A stretch of DNA of 64,000 bases from contig CAZUMA010000003.1 in assembly GCA_964621835.1 (NCBI GenBank), forward strand, positions 1,727 to 65,726, read 5' to 3'. The number at the start of each line of letters is the position of its first letter. Within the stretch, counting starts at the first letter, position 1. The notes beneath the pieces are model-generated. The model was not told the origin of the DNA. It did no database searches and saw only the letters and a list, made by a program, of their open reading frames with translations. Of this stretch, positions 47,442 through 58,384 are shown piece after piece. Origin of the DNA: an uncultured Anaerolineales bacterium (lineage in GTDB: Bacteria > Chloroflexota > Anaerolineae > Anaerolineales > UBA11858). The position numbers were made by a program, and so were the translations under genes.

Positions 47442-48398
47442 ATGAGTTTAAACATATTGTTTATCCCCGAACCGCTCCACATCCCCGACGGATTCCTCAG
47501 CTTACCGGTCTCCCTAGTCTTTTGGGTGATCAGCATTGTGTTCGTCGGTAGGGCTCTCCAACGCTCACAAAAGCAGCTTGGTGAGGGCCAGATTCCGTTG
47601 ATGGGAGTGCTTGCAGCCTTCATCTTCGCCGCCCAGATGATCAACTTCCCCGTCGCTGGAGGAACCTCAGGCCACCTGCTGGGCGGCGCATTGGCTGCGA
47701 TTGTCCTTGGTCCCTGGGCGGGTATCCTGGTCATGACCACAGTGGTCGGTGTCCAAGCCCTGTTTTTCCAGGATGGGGGATTGTTGGTGCTCGGCGCCAA
47801 CATATTTAATATGGGCATCCTCACCACTTTAATTGGGTATGGCCTGTACCGCGCGGTGAAAAATCAATCCACCTCCATCAAATTGGTGGTAGTGGGAGCA
47901 GCTGCCTGGCTGTCAGTTGTAGCCGGTGCTTTGGTGACCGCACTGCAATTGTGGATCAGCGGGACTTCTGCTCTGGATATCGTCCTCCCTGCTATGCTTG
48001 GTGTCCATGTCCTGATCGGGTTTGGGGAGGCCCTTATCACCGTTGGTGCTGTGGCCTTCATCACCCAGGCCAGACCAGATCTGATGACCTCGGCTGCGCA
48101 GCAGGGAGGACGCGGCTGGATCCTTGCTGGTGTGCTTATTTCTTTAGCCGTGGTCCTGATCTCGCCGCTGGCCTCTGCCTCACCCGACGGATTGGAGAGG
48201 GTAGCTATCAATCTTGGATTCATCAATCAGGGTCAGAACGCGCCGTATCAGATTCTTCCAGACTATACCCTCCCATTCCTTGGAGAAACTGCCGCTTCGA
48301 CCATCCTGGCAGGTGCTATCGGAACCCTACTGGTTGGGGTGCTGTTAATTGCGATAGCCAGAGGATTAAAGAGCGAGATCACCCCTGAAAGGACATGA
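47442..48398 (+). CDS. cbiM: ECF-transporter substrate-capture component CbiM/NikM fused to a C-terminal PDGLE domain
   Basis: LHIPDGFLS, FPVAGGTSGHLLGG, and C-terminal SPDGLERV. ATG at 47442 after AAGGAGAAAAG. Confidence 0.8.
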   Translation: MSLNILFIPEPLHIPDGFLSLPVSLVFWVISIVFVGRALQRSQKQLGEGQIPLMGVLAAFIFAAQMINFPVAGGTSGHLLGGALAAIVLGPWAGILVMTTVVGVQALFFQDGGLLVLGANIFNMGILTTLIGYGLYRAVKNQSTSIKLVVVGAAAWLSVVAGALVTALQLWISGTSALDIVLPAMLGVHVLIGFGEALITVGAVAFITQARPDLMTSAAQQGGRGWILAGVLISLAVVLISPLASASPDGLERVAINLGFINQGQNAPYQILPDYTLPFLGETAASTILAGAIGTLLVGVLLIAIARGLKSEITPERT

Positions 48399-49189
48399 AT
48401 CAGGGTATATTAAGCCTCTACCAAGCCCAACAAAGCCCAATTCATCACCTTGATCCCCGGGTCAAGGTGATTCTTTCTGTCCTGCTAATTATTTCCATTG
48501 GGCTGCTGCCGGAAGGTTCCTGGTTGGGCTTGGCTCTGTCAGGAACATTTCTCCTGTTCGTGGCGCAGCTTTCCCGGATAGGAATCCGTTTTTTGTTTTC
48601 CCGCTCGGTGAGCGTTCTTCCCTTTGCATTGGCTGCAGGCACAACCCTGTTCTCGACCGCTGGAAAGGAACTGGCGAGCCTCCCCTGGCCAGCACTCACC
48701 GTTACCGACCAGGGGATAATTCGCTTTGGGACCATCATGCTTCGCAGCTGGATTTCAATTCAGGCAGCCATTTTGCTCTCAGCAACCACCCCTTTTCCAG
48801 ATTTGATCCATGCCTTGCGCCATCTAAAAATTCCCGCGGTCCTGGTTTCGATGATTTCCTTCATGTACCGGTATTTATTCGTACTAACCGACGAAGCGCA
48901 CCGCCTGCTCCGTGCCCGAGCGTCTCGCAGTGCCGCTGACCCAGCTTACAAAGCGGGTGGGAAAGCTTACTGGAACGTGCGATCAGCTGGGAACATGGTA
49001 GGTCAATTATTCCTCCGCAGCATGGAGCGCAGCGAGCGAATCTACCAGGCAATGCAGGTGCGCGGATACCAAGGACACTTATTAACGCTCAATCCCCACC
49101 AGATGAAACCCTCCGATTGGGCAGTCCTTCTTGGGAGCAGCATTTTCATGCTCGGAGTGCTGGTTCTGTCCCTGATCTCCTATCACTAG
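48395..49189 (+). CDS. cbiQ: ECF transporter transmembrane (T) component CbiQ
   Basis: ATGA overlap with the cbiM stop. Polytopic protein of ~260 aa with the typical ...RARASR.. arginine-rich loop. Confidence 0.75.
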   Translation: MNQGILSLYQAQQSPIHHLDPRVKVILSVLLIISIGLLPEGSWLGLALSGTFLLFVAQLSRIGIRFLFSRSVSVLPFALAAGTTLFSTAGKELASLPWPALTVTDQGIIRFGTIMLRSWISIQAAILLSATTPFPDLIHALRHLKIPAVLVSMISFMYRYLFVLTDEAHRLLRARASRSAADPAYKAGGKAYWNVRSAGNMVGQLFLRSMERSERIYQAMQVRGYQGHLLTLNPHQMKPSDWAVLLGSSIFMLGVLVLSLISYH

Positions 49190-49207
49190 CAGAAGAAATT
49201 TGTTCTC

Positions 49208-49969
49208 ATGCCAATCCATCATCCAGAAGACCGACCTCTGTCCCCCGCCCCGCACTGCACTGCCCGGGCGGTTTCCTTGCAGGAAGTCAGTTTTTCCTAT
49301 CCGGACGGCCATCAGGCGCTCACGTCCATCAACCTCGAGATCCCGCGGGGTGACAAGGTAGCTCTGGTGGGTCCAAACGGGGCGGGGAAGAGTACGCTGC
49401 TGCTGCAGTTGAATGGGGTTTATCATGGAGAAGGCAAGATCGATATTATGGGTATCCCTCTCAGAAAGGACACCCTCCCCCTGATCCGGGCCCGGATTGG
49501 TCTGGTTTTTCAGAATCCGGATGATCAGCTCTTTTCCCCCACCGTGTTTGAGGATGTCGCCTTTGGGCCTTTACACATGGGGCTTCCAGGGGATATCGTC
49601 AAAGAACGTGTGAAAACTGCCCTGGATGAAGTCGGAATGAGGACCTACAGTGACCGGCAGTCTTATCATCTCAGTCTGGGGGAGAAAAAGCGAGTTTCCA
49701 TTGCTACGGTACTGGCTATGAAGCCGGACATCCTGGTCTTCGATGAACCTACCAGCGGCCTTGATCCGCGAGCCCGCCGGTCTTTGATCAATTTTCTAAC
49801 GGAGCTTGAAATGACCACGCTGGTCTCCACCCACGATATGCGGCTGGTGGAGGAAGTATTCCCTCGGATTATCATTATGGACCAGGGAAAAATTGTCGCA
49901 GACGGCCTGACCGCACAACTCCTGAACAATCCACGACTGCTTTCAGCACACGGCCTGGAGCAGCCATAA
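49208..49969 (+). CDS. cbiO: ECF transporter ATP-binding protein CbiO
   Basis: Walker A GPNGAGKST, signature LSLGEKKR, Walker B ILVFDEPTSGLD. Confidence 0.85.
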   Translation: MPIHHPEDRPLSPAPHCTARAVSLQEVSFSYPDGHQALTSINLEIPRGDKVALVGPNGAGKSTLLLQLNGVYHGEGKIDIMGIPLRKDTLPLIRARIGLVFQNPDDQLFSPTVFEDVAFGPLHMGLPGDIVKERVKTALDEVGMRTYSDRQSYHLSLGEKKRVSIATVLAMKPDILVFDEPTSGLDPRARRSLINFLTELEMTTLVSTHDMRLVEEVFPRIIIMDQGKIVADGLTAQLLNNPRLLSAHGLEQP

Positions 49970-50064
49970 CGATCAGGCCGAAATTAACATCTAGCCTTCT
50001 ACAGCCTGACCTTGCTTTCAACAGCGCTCGGCAATCATCGCCGGGAGGAACGGAAAATCGCCCC

Positions 50065-51276
50065 TTACAATCCAGCTGCTTCCCGCAGCTGCGAGGCGCG
50101 TTCCGTATTTTCCCAGGGAAGATCCAGGTCATCCCGACCAAAATGACCGTAGGCCGCCAGCTGCTGGTAAATCGGTCTGCGCAGATCAAGATCCTGGATT
50201 ATGGCTCCGGGGCGAAGGTCAAAAAACTCCCGAATCAGCTGACTGATTTTTTGATCTTCAACAGTCCCGGTCCCAAAGGTTTCCACGTTGACGCTCAGGG
50301 GTTGAGCCACGCCAATCGCATAGGATACCTGAATTTCACATCGTGAGGCCAACCCTGCAGCCACAACATTTTTTGCAGCCCACCTGGCTGCGTACGCGGC
50401 TGACCGGTCGACTTTGGTGGGATCTTTTCCAGAGAATGCCCCTCCCCCGTGCCGTCCCATTCCTCCGTAGGTATCCACGATAATTTTCCTTCCCGTCAAA
50501 CCAGCATCCCCCATCGGTCCACCAACCACAAATCGCCCTGTGGGGTTGACATAAACCTTGAGCTGATCATCCACCATTTCCTCCGGAAGGGTGGGGAGAA
50601 TCACCTGCTCAATTATCGCCTGCCTGATCTCCTCCTGCTCAATCTCCGGGGCATGCTGGGTGCTGACCAGCACGGTGTCAACTCGCATCGGTTTCCCATA
50701 TTGATATTCAATCGTCACCTGGCTTTTGCCATCGGGACGAACCCAGTCCAGGATCTTATCTTTCCGCACCCGGGACAGCCGGCGAGAAAGCTTGTGTGCC
50801 AGGTAGATCGGCATGGGCATCAGCATCGGCGTTTCGTCACAGGCATACCCAAACATCATCCCCTGATCTCCAGCCCCAATCGCTTCAATTTCCGCTTCGG
50901 TCATTTCACCTGTTTTCGCTTCCAGGGCTTGATCCACACCCCGGGCGATATCCCCGGATTGCTGGGAGATGGCGATCAACACCCCGCAGGTTTGCCCGTC
51001 AAACCCTTTTTTAGCCCGGTCATACCCGATCCCAGTGATCACGTTTCTCGCCAGCGTGTCATAATTAATATCCGCATCAGTGGTGATCTCTCCCAGCAGC
51101 ATCACATAGCCAGTTTTCGTGGCTGTCTCGCAGGCTACCCGCGAGCGGGGATCGTGGGCAAGGCAAGCATCGAGTACAGCATCACTGATCTGGTCACACA
51201 TCTTGTCTGGATGACCCTCGGTGACGGATTCTGATGTAAACAGTAAGCTGGGGAGTTCGCTGAATGTGCTGTGCAT
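50065..51276 (-). CDS. metK: S-adenosylmethionine synthase
   Basis: [45 protein letters not shown]; GGAGG RBS. Confidence 0.95.
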   Translation of the reverse strand: MHSTFSELPSLLFTSESVTEGHPDKMCDQISDAVLDACLAHDPRSRVACETATKTGYVMLLGEITTDADINYDTLARNVITGIGYDRAKKGFDGQTCGVLIAISQQSGDIARGVDQALEAKTGEMTEAEIEAIGAGDQGMMFGYACDETPMLMPMPIYLAHKLSRRLSRVRKDKILDWVRPDGKSQVTIEYQYGKPMRVDTVLVSTQHAPEIEQEEIRQAIIEQVILPTLPEEMVDDQLKVYVNPTGRFVVGGPMGDAGLTGRKIIVDTYGGMGRHGGGAFSGKDPTKVDRSAAYAARWAAKNVVAAGLASRCEIQVSYAIGVAQPLSVNVETFGTGTVEDQKISQLIREFFDLRPGAIIQDLDLRRPIYQQLAAYGHFGRDDLDLPWENTERASQLREAAGL

Positions 51277-51310
51277 AAATCCTCCATCAATAACCTTGGT
51301 TCTTTAATGA

Positions 51311-51473
<163 letters not shown>

Positions 51474-51503
51474 CCTTCAGAGGCTTTTAATTTTGTCCTA
51501 GGG

Positions 51504-51532
51504 ATCATAACATGACTGGGGTCCCCTGTCAA
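51504..51532 (-). promoter_or_regulatory. Sigma-70-type promoter driving the SAM riboswitch and metK
   Basis: Minus strand: TTGACA, 17 nt, TATGAT, placed about 30 nt upstream of riboswitch helix P1. Confidence 0.7.
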
Positions 51533-51709
51533 TTTCCGTGTCCCGGATTCAGGGGAAATTTGCCCGGAAATCTCACCTGTCCGAATGGCCCGGACCAGGT
51601 GAGGGAGTTTATGAAGATCACCCCAACCTAGCAATTTTACTGCTCTCATTGTATACTTACACTACGATTGATCGTACAATGCCCAGCAGCGAAAAAGAGG
51701 AATCTCCCT

Positions 51710-52846
51710 ATGAAAATCTCCGTCCTGCAAGAAAACCTCGCCCATGGATTGAGCATTGTCTCGCGGGCTGTTTCCCCTCGAAGCACTCTTCCGGTATTAT
51801 CCAACATCCTGGTAGCCACGGATAACGGTCGGCTCCGGCTATCAGCAACCAATTTAGAACTGGGGATCACCTGCTGGATCGGGGCTAAAATCGAGGAGGA
51901 AGGATCAACGACAGTCCCCGCCCGCACCTTTACAGATCTGGTGGGCACGATCCCCCCCGCGGCAACGGATATGACCTACCAGGCATCCTCCCAGACCCTG
52001 AATATCAAAAGCGGGACCCTCAATACAGATATCAAGTGTATCGACGCCCAGGAATTCCCCCCCATGCCAACACCGAATTTGGATAGCGGGGTTGAGCTCA
52101 ATGTGACCGATTTTAAGGAGATGATCAAGCAGGTCGTATTTGCTGCCTCCCACGATGAAGCCCGGCCGATTTTGACCGGGGTGCTGATCACCGTCGAGGA
52201 CAACACGATTACGCTGGCTGCCGCCGACGGATTCCGCCTTTCTGTCCGGCATGCCAATCTATCCTCCGCGGTCCCCCAACCCGTGAAAGCGGTCATTCCC
52301 AGCCGGGCCCTGAGTGAACTCGCCCGGATCAGCAGTGACGGTGACGAAGTGATCACCATGTCCATTCCACCCGATCGCGGACAGGCCATCTTCCAGACAA
52401 AAAATGTTGAGCTGGTTTCTCAATTGATTGAAGGAACTTTTCCAGACTACCAGCAAATCATTCCCAAGGGCTATCAAACCCGTACTGTCCTGACCACACC
52501 AGCTTTCTTGAAAGCATGCAAGCAAGCGGAGGTGTTCGCCAGAGAGGGATCTTTGATCGCCCAGGTGAACATCAGCCCAGGGCCGGAGGAAAATACCCCC
52601 GGTGAAGTGGAGATTTCCGGTCAATCAGAGGAAACCGGGTCCAGCCAGACAGTCCTTGATGCTACAGTTGAAGGAGGTGATTTAATCATTGCCTTCAACG
52701 TCCGCTACCTGAGAGAAGTCCTGGAAATTATCAAATCCCCCAATGTCGCCCTGGAGACCACCAAACCCACCAGTCCTGGCGTGATCCGGCCCGTTGGCGA
52801 TGAGGAATTTTTGCACGTCATCATGCCGATGCACCTGGGAAATTGA
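51710..52846 (+). CDS. dnaN: DNA polymerase III beta sliding clamp
   Basis: MKISVLQENLAHGLSIVSRAV...LPVLSNILV; three-domain, ~378-aa layout. ATG at 51710 with GAGG 9 nt upstream. Confidence 0.9.
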   Translation: MKISVLQENLAHGLSIVSRAVSPRSTLPVLSNILVATDNGRLRLSATNLELGITCWIGAKIEEEGSTTVPARTFTDLVGTIPPAATDMTYQASSQTLNIKSGTLNTDIKCIDAQEFPPMPTPNLDSGVELNVTDFKEMIKQVVFAASHDEARPILTGVLITVEDNTITLAAADGFRLSVRHANLSSAVPQPVKAVIPSRALSELARISSDGDEVITMSIPPDRGQAIFQTKNVELVSQLIEGTFPDYQQIIPKGYQTRTVLTTPAFLKACKQAEVFAREGSLIAQVNISPGPEENTPGEVEISGQSEETGSSQTVLDATVEGGDLIIAFNVRYLREVLEIIKSPNVALETTKPTSPGVIRPVGDEEFLHVIMPMHLGN

Positions 52847-53170
52847 TGGCCCAGGCCGCTTCGCTCTAGTTTCCAAATCCGCCAGCTGCCCTGTTGGACC
52901 TCAAGATCATCTTTGAGGCTTGCTGGCAGCAACCTCACCATTTTAACTTCGCAATCCCAGCAGCCCAACCAGAGCAGAACTTCCTCCCCTGCGGGAAACG
53001 CGAAGGCGACCAACCAATCACCAAATCCTCTAAAAATCCCCCGCAAGAAATTGATTTTACTGTTACACTCCACTTAAGCAGCAATCCATCCGATCTCACT
53101 CCGCGCCAGGGAGCTGGATTGGTGTCAGAAAACGCGAGCTTCTAATCAGTCATTCTGTTCTGGAGTCGGT

Positions 53171-53827
53171 ATGAAAAAGTTTGTCGCAGTTGCTGGAAAT
53201 ATTGGTGTGGGAAAAACCACTCTGGTCCAAAAGCTCTGCAGCAAGATGGGTTGGACTCCGTTTTATGAACCGGAACGTGAAAACCCGTATTTGGCTGATT
53301 TCTACGATGACATGAAAACATGGGCTTTTCATTCCCAGGTCTTTTTCCTGACCAGGAGGCTGCGGCTGCATAAAAGCCTTTGCACCCATCCCGGATCTGT
53401 TATCCAAGATCGCAGTGTTTACGAGGATGCAGAAATCTTCGCTCACAATTTATACAGGCAGAATCAGATTTGTGATCGGGATTATCAAACCTACCAGGAG
53501 CTCTATAAAGTGCTGGTGGAATTTCTTCCTCCTCCCGACCTGGTTGTGTATATCCGCGCCTCCGTACCGACGCTTCAACACCGGATCAAACTTCGCGGAC
53601 GGGACTACGAAGAACAGATTGCCTACCAGTATTTAGATCAGTTGAACGGCCTCTATGAGCAGTGGATCGAGGATTTTTCACTCTGTCCGGTCCTGACCAT
53701 CCCGGGAGACGACCTGGATTTTGTGTCCAACAATGGACATTTTGAACTGATTATTGAAAAAGTGGAAGAAAAACTAATGGGCAAGGAAGAAGTCCAGTTT
53801 TCCCGCCAGGAAGTCCTCGACCGCTAA
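53171..53827 (+). CDS. Deoxynucleoside kinase (dAK/dGK/dCK family)
   Basis: P-loop VAGNIGVGKTT, FYEP...NPYL, DRSVYED (ERS-like), RGRDYE. Confidence 0.85.
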   Translation: MKKFVAVAGNIGVGKTTLVQKLCSKMGWTPFYEPERENPYLADFYDDMKTWAFHSQVFFLTRRLRLHKSLCTHPGSVIQDRSVYEDAEIFAHNLYRQNQICDRDYQTYQELYKVLVEFLPPPDLVVYIRASVPTLQHRIKLRGRDYEEQIAYQYLDQLNGLYEQWIEDFSLCPVLTIPGDDLDFVSNNGHFELIIEKVEEKLMGKEEVQFSRQEVLDR

Positions 53828-53932
53828 CCCTCCCGCGCTGCCCCATTGGCCTGGTTGGTTTCCCCCGCTTCCCCTTCAACCACCGCCCAGGCAGCGTGCT
53901 GCTGGCTGAAGAGGAAGATCTGATCCATCTGG

Positions 53933-55300
<1,368 letters not shown>

Positions 55301-55468
55301 TCAGATACAAATAATAATCATGGTCAGCTAAAGCTAAGATGGTTTTGGTTCAACAACATCCCTGCCCTGGGACCCTGGGTTTGCAGACACAGCTTTCTTT
55401 CCGCAGTCGGTTCGCCCACCCTGAACTCGCAATCCGCTTGATCCTTGAGCAATGGATGTTATCTAACC

Positions 55469-56716
55469 TTAATCTAATTCTCGTTTTAACGCCAGCCCGA
55501 GACGGCGGATTCCCTCGACGATGACATCCTCCGTGGAGTAGGAGAAATTTAACCGCATCGCGTGATACCCACCGTCCTGGTTGGGATAAAAATGAACTCC
55601 GGGGACAAAAGCTACTTTCTCCTCCAGGGCCGTCTCACGCAAAAAAAGATCGGTCTCGATGGAGGTTGGCACCCGGGCCCACAAGAACAGGCCTCCTTCG
55701 GGCAAGGTCCACTCACAGCAGTCCGGCCAAAACTCAGCTAAGGCATCCACCATCACATTCCGGCGCTTCCGGTAAACTTTCCGGATATTTTTGATGTGCG
55801 GCTTCAAGAGCCCCCGCTGGGTAATATCATTGGCAATGTACTGAACAAAAGTTCCTGTATGCAGATCGCAGCCTTGCTTGGCTTGTATGAACCGTTTCAT
55901 CAACGCTTCAGGGCAAACAATCCAGCCCAGCCGTAAGCCCGGGGAGAGAATTTTTGAAAATGTCCCCAGATAGATCGTTCGCTCCGGAATCAGATTACAG
56001 ATCGGGGTGATGTCCTTGCCTTCAAAGCGAAGCTGACCATAAGGATCATCTTCAACCACGGGAAGGTCCAGTTTTGTGGCGATCTCCGCGAGCTCGATCC
56101 TGCGTTCCAGCGGGAGCGTCGTCCCGGCAGGATTATGAAAGTTGGGGAGGACATAGATAAATGCCGGGGGTCTTCCGTCCTCCTCGCGGGCTTTTTCGTA
56201 GGCGCGCTCAATTTCTCCGACTACCATACCATCCTCATCCAGCTGCATGGTGTGAAATCGACCCTGATAGGCATTCCAGGCCTGGATGGCTCCCAGGTAC
56301 GTCGGTCTTCCGGTCAGGACAAATCGACCGGGGTCAATAAAAATCTTCCCCAGCAGATCCAGGGCCTGCTGGGACCCATTGGTGAGCAGCACGTTTTCCG
56401 GTTGAGCGGGAATGCCGTACTTATGCATGGAATCGGCCAGATATTCCTTCAGCGGTGGGTATCCCTCCGTGGCGCTGTACTGCAGCGCGTCTGCTCCATG
56501 TTCCTCCAGGACATAACGGCAGGCTTCTTCGACTTCCCGCAGGGGAAATAAATCAGGCGCAGGTAAACCACCAGCAAATGAAATGATCTCAGGATCCTGG
56601 GTGAATTTCAGCAGCTCGCGGATAGCAGAGCTTTGCATGCGCTGCGTTCGTTCCGCCAGATGAGGCTCCCAATCCAGAACAGGAATTTCACGGTTCAGGT
56701 CATGACTTATTTCCAT
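55469..56716 (-). CDS. PLP-dependent aminotransferase, class I/II (LysN / MocR-catalytic-domain-like)
   Basis: SSAIRELLK, FAGGLP, NPAGTT, FSKILSPGLRLGW (PLP Lys); AGGAGAG RBS. Confidence 0.85.
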   Translation of the reverse strand: MEISHDLNREIPVLDWEPHLAERTQRMQSSAIRELLKFTQDPEIISFAGGLPAPDLFPLREVEEACRYVLEEHGADALQYSATEGYPPLKEYLADSMHKYGIPAQPENVLLTNGSQQALDLLGKIFIDPGRFVLTGRPTYLGAIQAWNAYQGRFHTMQLDEDGMVVGEIERAYEKAREEDGRPPAFIYVLPNFHNPAGTTLPLERRIELAEIATKLDLPVVEDDPYGQLRFEGKDITPICNLIPERTIYLGTFSKILSPGLRLGWIVCPEALMKRFIQAKQGCDLHTGTFVQYIANDITQRGLLKPHIKNIRKVYRKRRNVMVDALAEFWPDCCEWTLPEGGLFLWARVPTSIETDLFLRETALEEKVAFVPGVHFYPNQDGGYHAMRLNFSYSTEDVIVEGIRRLGLALKRELD

Positions 56717-56774
56717 GGTTCTCTCCTGTCAAACAGGCTGAACTTGGTTGAAGACTATTGATCCTTGAGTTTCG

Positions 56775-56813
56775 AAAAAAAAAGCCCATTTCGACATCCC
56801 TGGCGAAACAGGC
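56775..56813 (-). terminator. Intrinsic terminator inside the 347-bp region upstream of the aminotransferase gene
   Basis: Minus strand: GCCTGTTTCG - 10-nt loop - CGAAATGGGC (10 bp including two G-U pairs), followed by T9. Confidence 0.65.
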
Positions 56814-57063
56814 CCGGTCAGATCTTTTCGAGGATCTGCAACAACAGCCAAATACTGGTAAGATCACCGGGAAGAATATCTCCTCGCCGGTAGCGCAAAG
56901 GATGACTACCGGGGAAGGCCTTCTTTTGGTTTTTCAGGAGAAGGCTACCCATCCTCAACAATCCCCTTTGCTGCCCAGCCTCAGTAAAGATAGGCTGATT
57001 ACCGAATCCACTACGGAAATTTTAGCATCGGGCGGTATCACGGCAAAGTGTTGAATATCACCC

Positions 57064-58308
57064 TTAAGGGGTAGTTTTTTTCAAGAGATTGATGCTTTCA
57101 ATATGATATGTTTGTGGAAACATATCCAGGGGAGTGGATTGGGTGAGGCTGTATCCCTGTTTGCTAAAGCGCAGCAAATCCCTTCCCAGGGTCGCGGGAT
57201 CACAGGAAATGTAGACCATTTTTTCAGGAGCCAGCTCGACCATACTATCAAGTACGGTGGGGGAGATCCCTCCCCGGGGAGGATCCAGGACAATCACTTC
57301 CGGGGCCAGCTGCAAGTGGGGAAGGACCTCTTCTGCAGCTGCATCATAGATCTTGACCTGGTCATACCCAGAGAGATTATACAGGAAATCATCCACAGCG
57401 CTGGGGTTGGACTCCACGCCAATCACTTTCCCACCCCGCTCAGCTAAAAACAGGCTGAACAGCCCCACGCCGCAGTACACATCCAGCACCAGTGCATTGT
57501 CAAGCGGTTGGAGAATGTCCAGCAGATGGCCAACCATCAGCTCCGCTGCCAGCGTGTTGACCTGGAAAAAAGATCCGGCTGAGACCACAAAGGGAAACTC
57601 GAAGACTTCCAGAATGGTGAAATCATCCCCTGCCAGCACTATCTCTCCCCCGGGTCCCTGGTACACGGCGGACAATGGAAGATCCAGCTCGAAAGAAAGC
57701 GGGTGAGGATCCTGGCTCTCCAGGATCAGCAGGGCATCCTGCTCCCCTTCCCCGGACCGCAAAATGACCCGATCCAGACCGGGGATATGTTCAGCTTCCA
57801 CCACGGGCCAGATCATATTCAGCAATGGTTCCGGAAGATGACACTCCTGAATATCCACCAGCTGGTGGGAGTGCTGCTGGCGAAATCCCAGCCTGCCCTC
57901 CGGGGAGATCTGAAACTGGATCTGGTTGCGGTAGTTCCATGGTTGGGGAGAGGGAATGATCTTCTCAAGCGGGGGATCGGTAATCTTGCCAATCCGCTGC
58001 AGCTGATCCTCGAAAACCGCTTCTTTGGCTGCCAGCTGATCTGGATAGGATAGATGCTGGTAGTGGCAGCCTCCGCATGTTCCAAAATGAGCACAGCGGG
58101 GCGTGATTCGATTGGGTGCGGGTTTGATCACCTCCACCAGCTCTGCCCGTGCATAGCGCGGTTTATCTTCCACCACCTGGATGCGGACTTTTTCGCCTGG
58201 GATCGTGTGGGGAATAAAAACTGCCCGACCGTCAGGCAGTCGGGCGATGGTCTCTCCACCATATACAAAGGCGGTGGGTTGGACGATAAATGTGTTCTTT
58301 TCAATCAT
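57064..58308 (-). CDS. TRAM-domain, Fe-S-containing 23S rRNA (uracil-C5)-methyltransferase (RlmD/RumA family)
   Basis: N-terminal TRAM, Cys cluster CAHFGTCGGCHYQH, SAM motif VLDVYCGVGLFS, and catalytic ...YISCDPATL. Confidence 0.8.
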   Translation of the reverse strand: MIEKNTFIVQPTAFVYGGETIARLPDGRAVFIPHTIPGEKVRIQVVEDKPRYARAELVEVIKPAPNRITPRCAHFGTCGGCHYQHLSYPDQLAAKEAVFEDQLQRIGKITDPPLEKIIPSPQPWNYRNQIQFQISPEGRLGFRQQHSHQLVDIQECHLPEPLLNMIWPVVEAEHIPGLDRVILRSGEGEQDALLILESQDPHPLSFELDLPLSAVYQGPGGEIVLAGDDFTILEVFEFPFVVSAGSFFQVNTLAAELMVGHLLDILQPLDNALVLDVYCGVGLFSLFLAERGGKVIGVESNPSAVDDFLYNLSGYDQVKIYDAAAEEVLPHLQLAPEVIVLDPPRGGISPTVLDSMVELAPEKMVYISCDPATLGRDLLRFSKQGYSLTQSTPLDMFPQTYHIESINLLKKTTP

Positions 58309-58384
58309 ACCAGCCGATCCACAACATGCGTATCAGACGGGAAAACAGGGAAGGTTTTGACCCGCTTTCCCGCTGTAAGATCCA

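Noticed and set aside
50449-51234. 261-aa ORF on the plus strand, opposite metK.
   Set aside because: It is antisense to an unambiguous metK CDS, its composition is low-complexity and Pro/His/Arg/Gly-rich, and it has no RBS. It is a typical shadow ORF. The same reasoning applies to 14141-14779 (opposite pdxS), 59752-60513 (opposite the LCP gene), 44400-45245 (opposite sbcC), 38216-38830 (opposite clpC) and the other overlapping track entries I did not list as features.
52847-53170. 324-bp gap after dnaN holding an 83-aa TTG-start ORF (52894-53145) and an overlapping 122-aa antisense ORF.
   Set aside because: Neither ORF has an RBS or a recognisable motif. I saw only a weak hairpin (CCTCAAGATCATCTTTGAGG) and no conserved RNA signature, so I left the gap unannotated rather than inventing a feature.
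56758-57054. 98-aa plus-strand ORF in the gap between the rlmD-like and aminotransferase genes.
   Set aside because: It has no RBS and an unconvincing composition, and the region is better explained by minus-strand RNA structure and a terminator.
57061-57081. CCCTTAAGGG palindrome followed by T7 on the plus strand, looking like a terminator for a plus-strand RNA.
   Set aside because: The stem would be only 3 bp. The T-run is the complement of the Lys-Lys codons at the end of the rlmD-like CDS, and the palindrome contains its stop codon.
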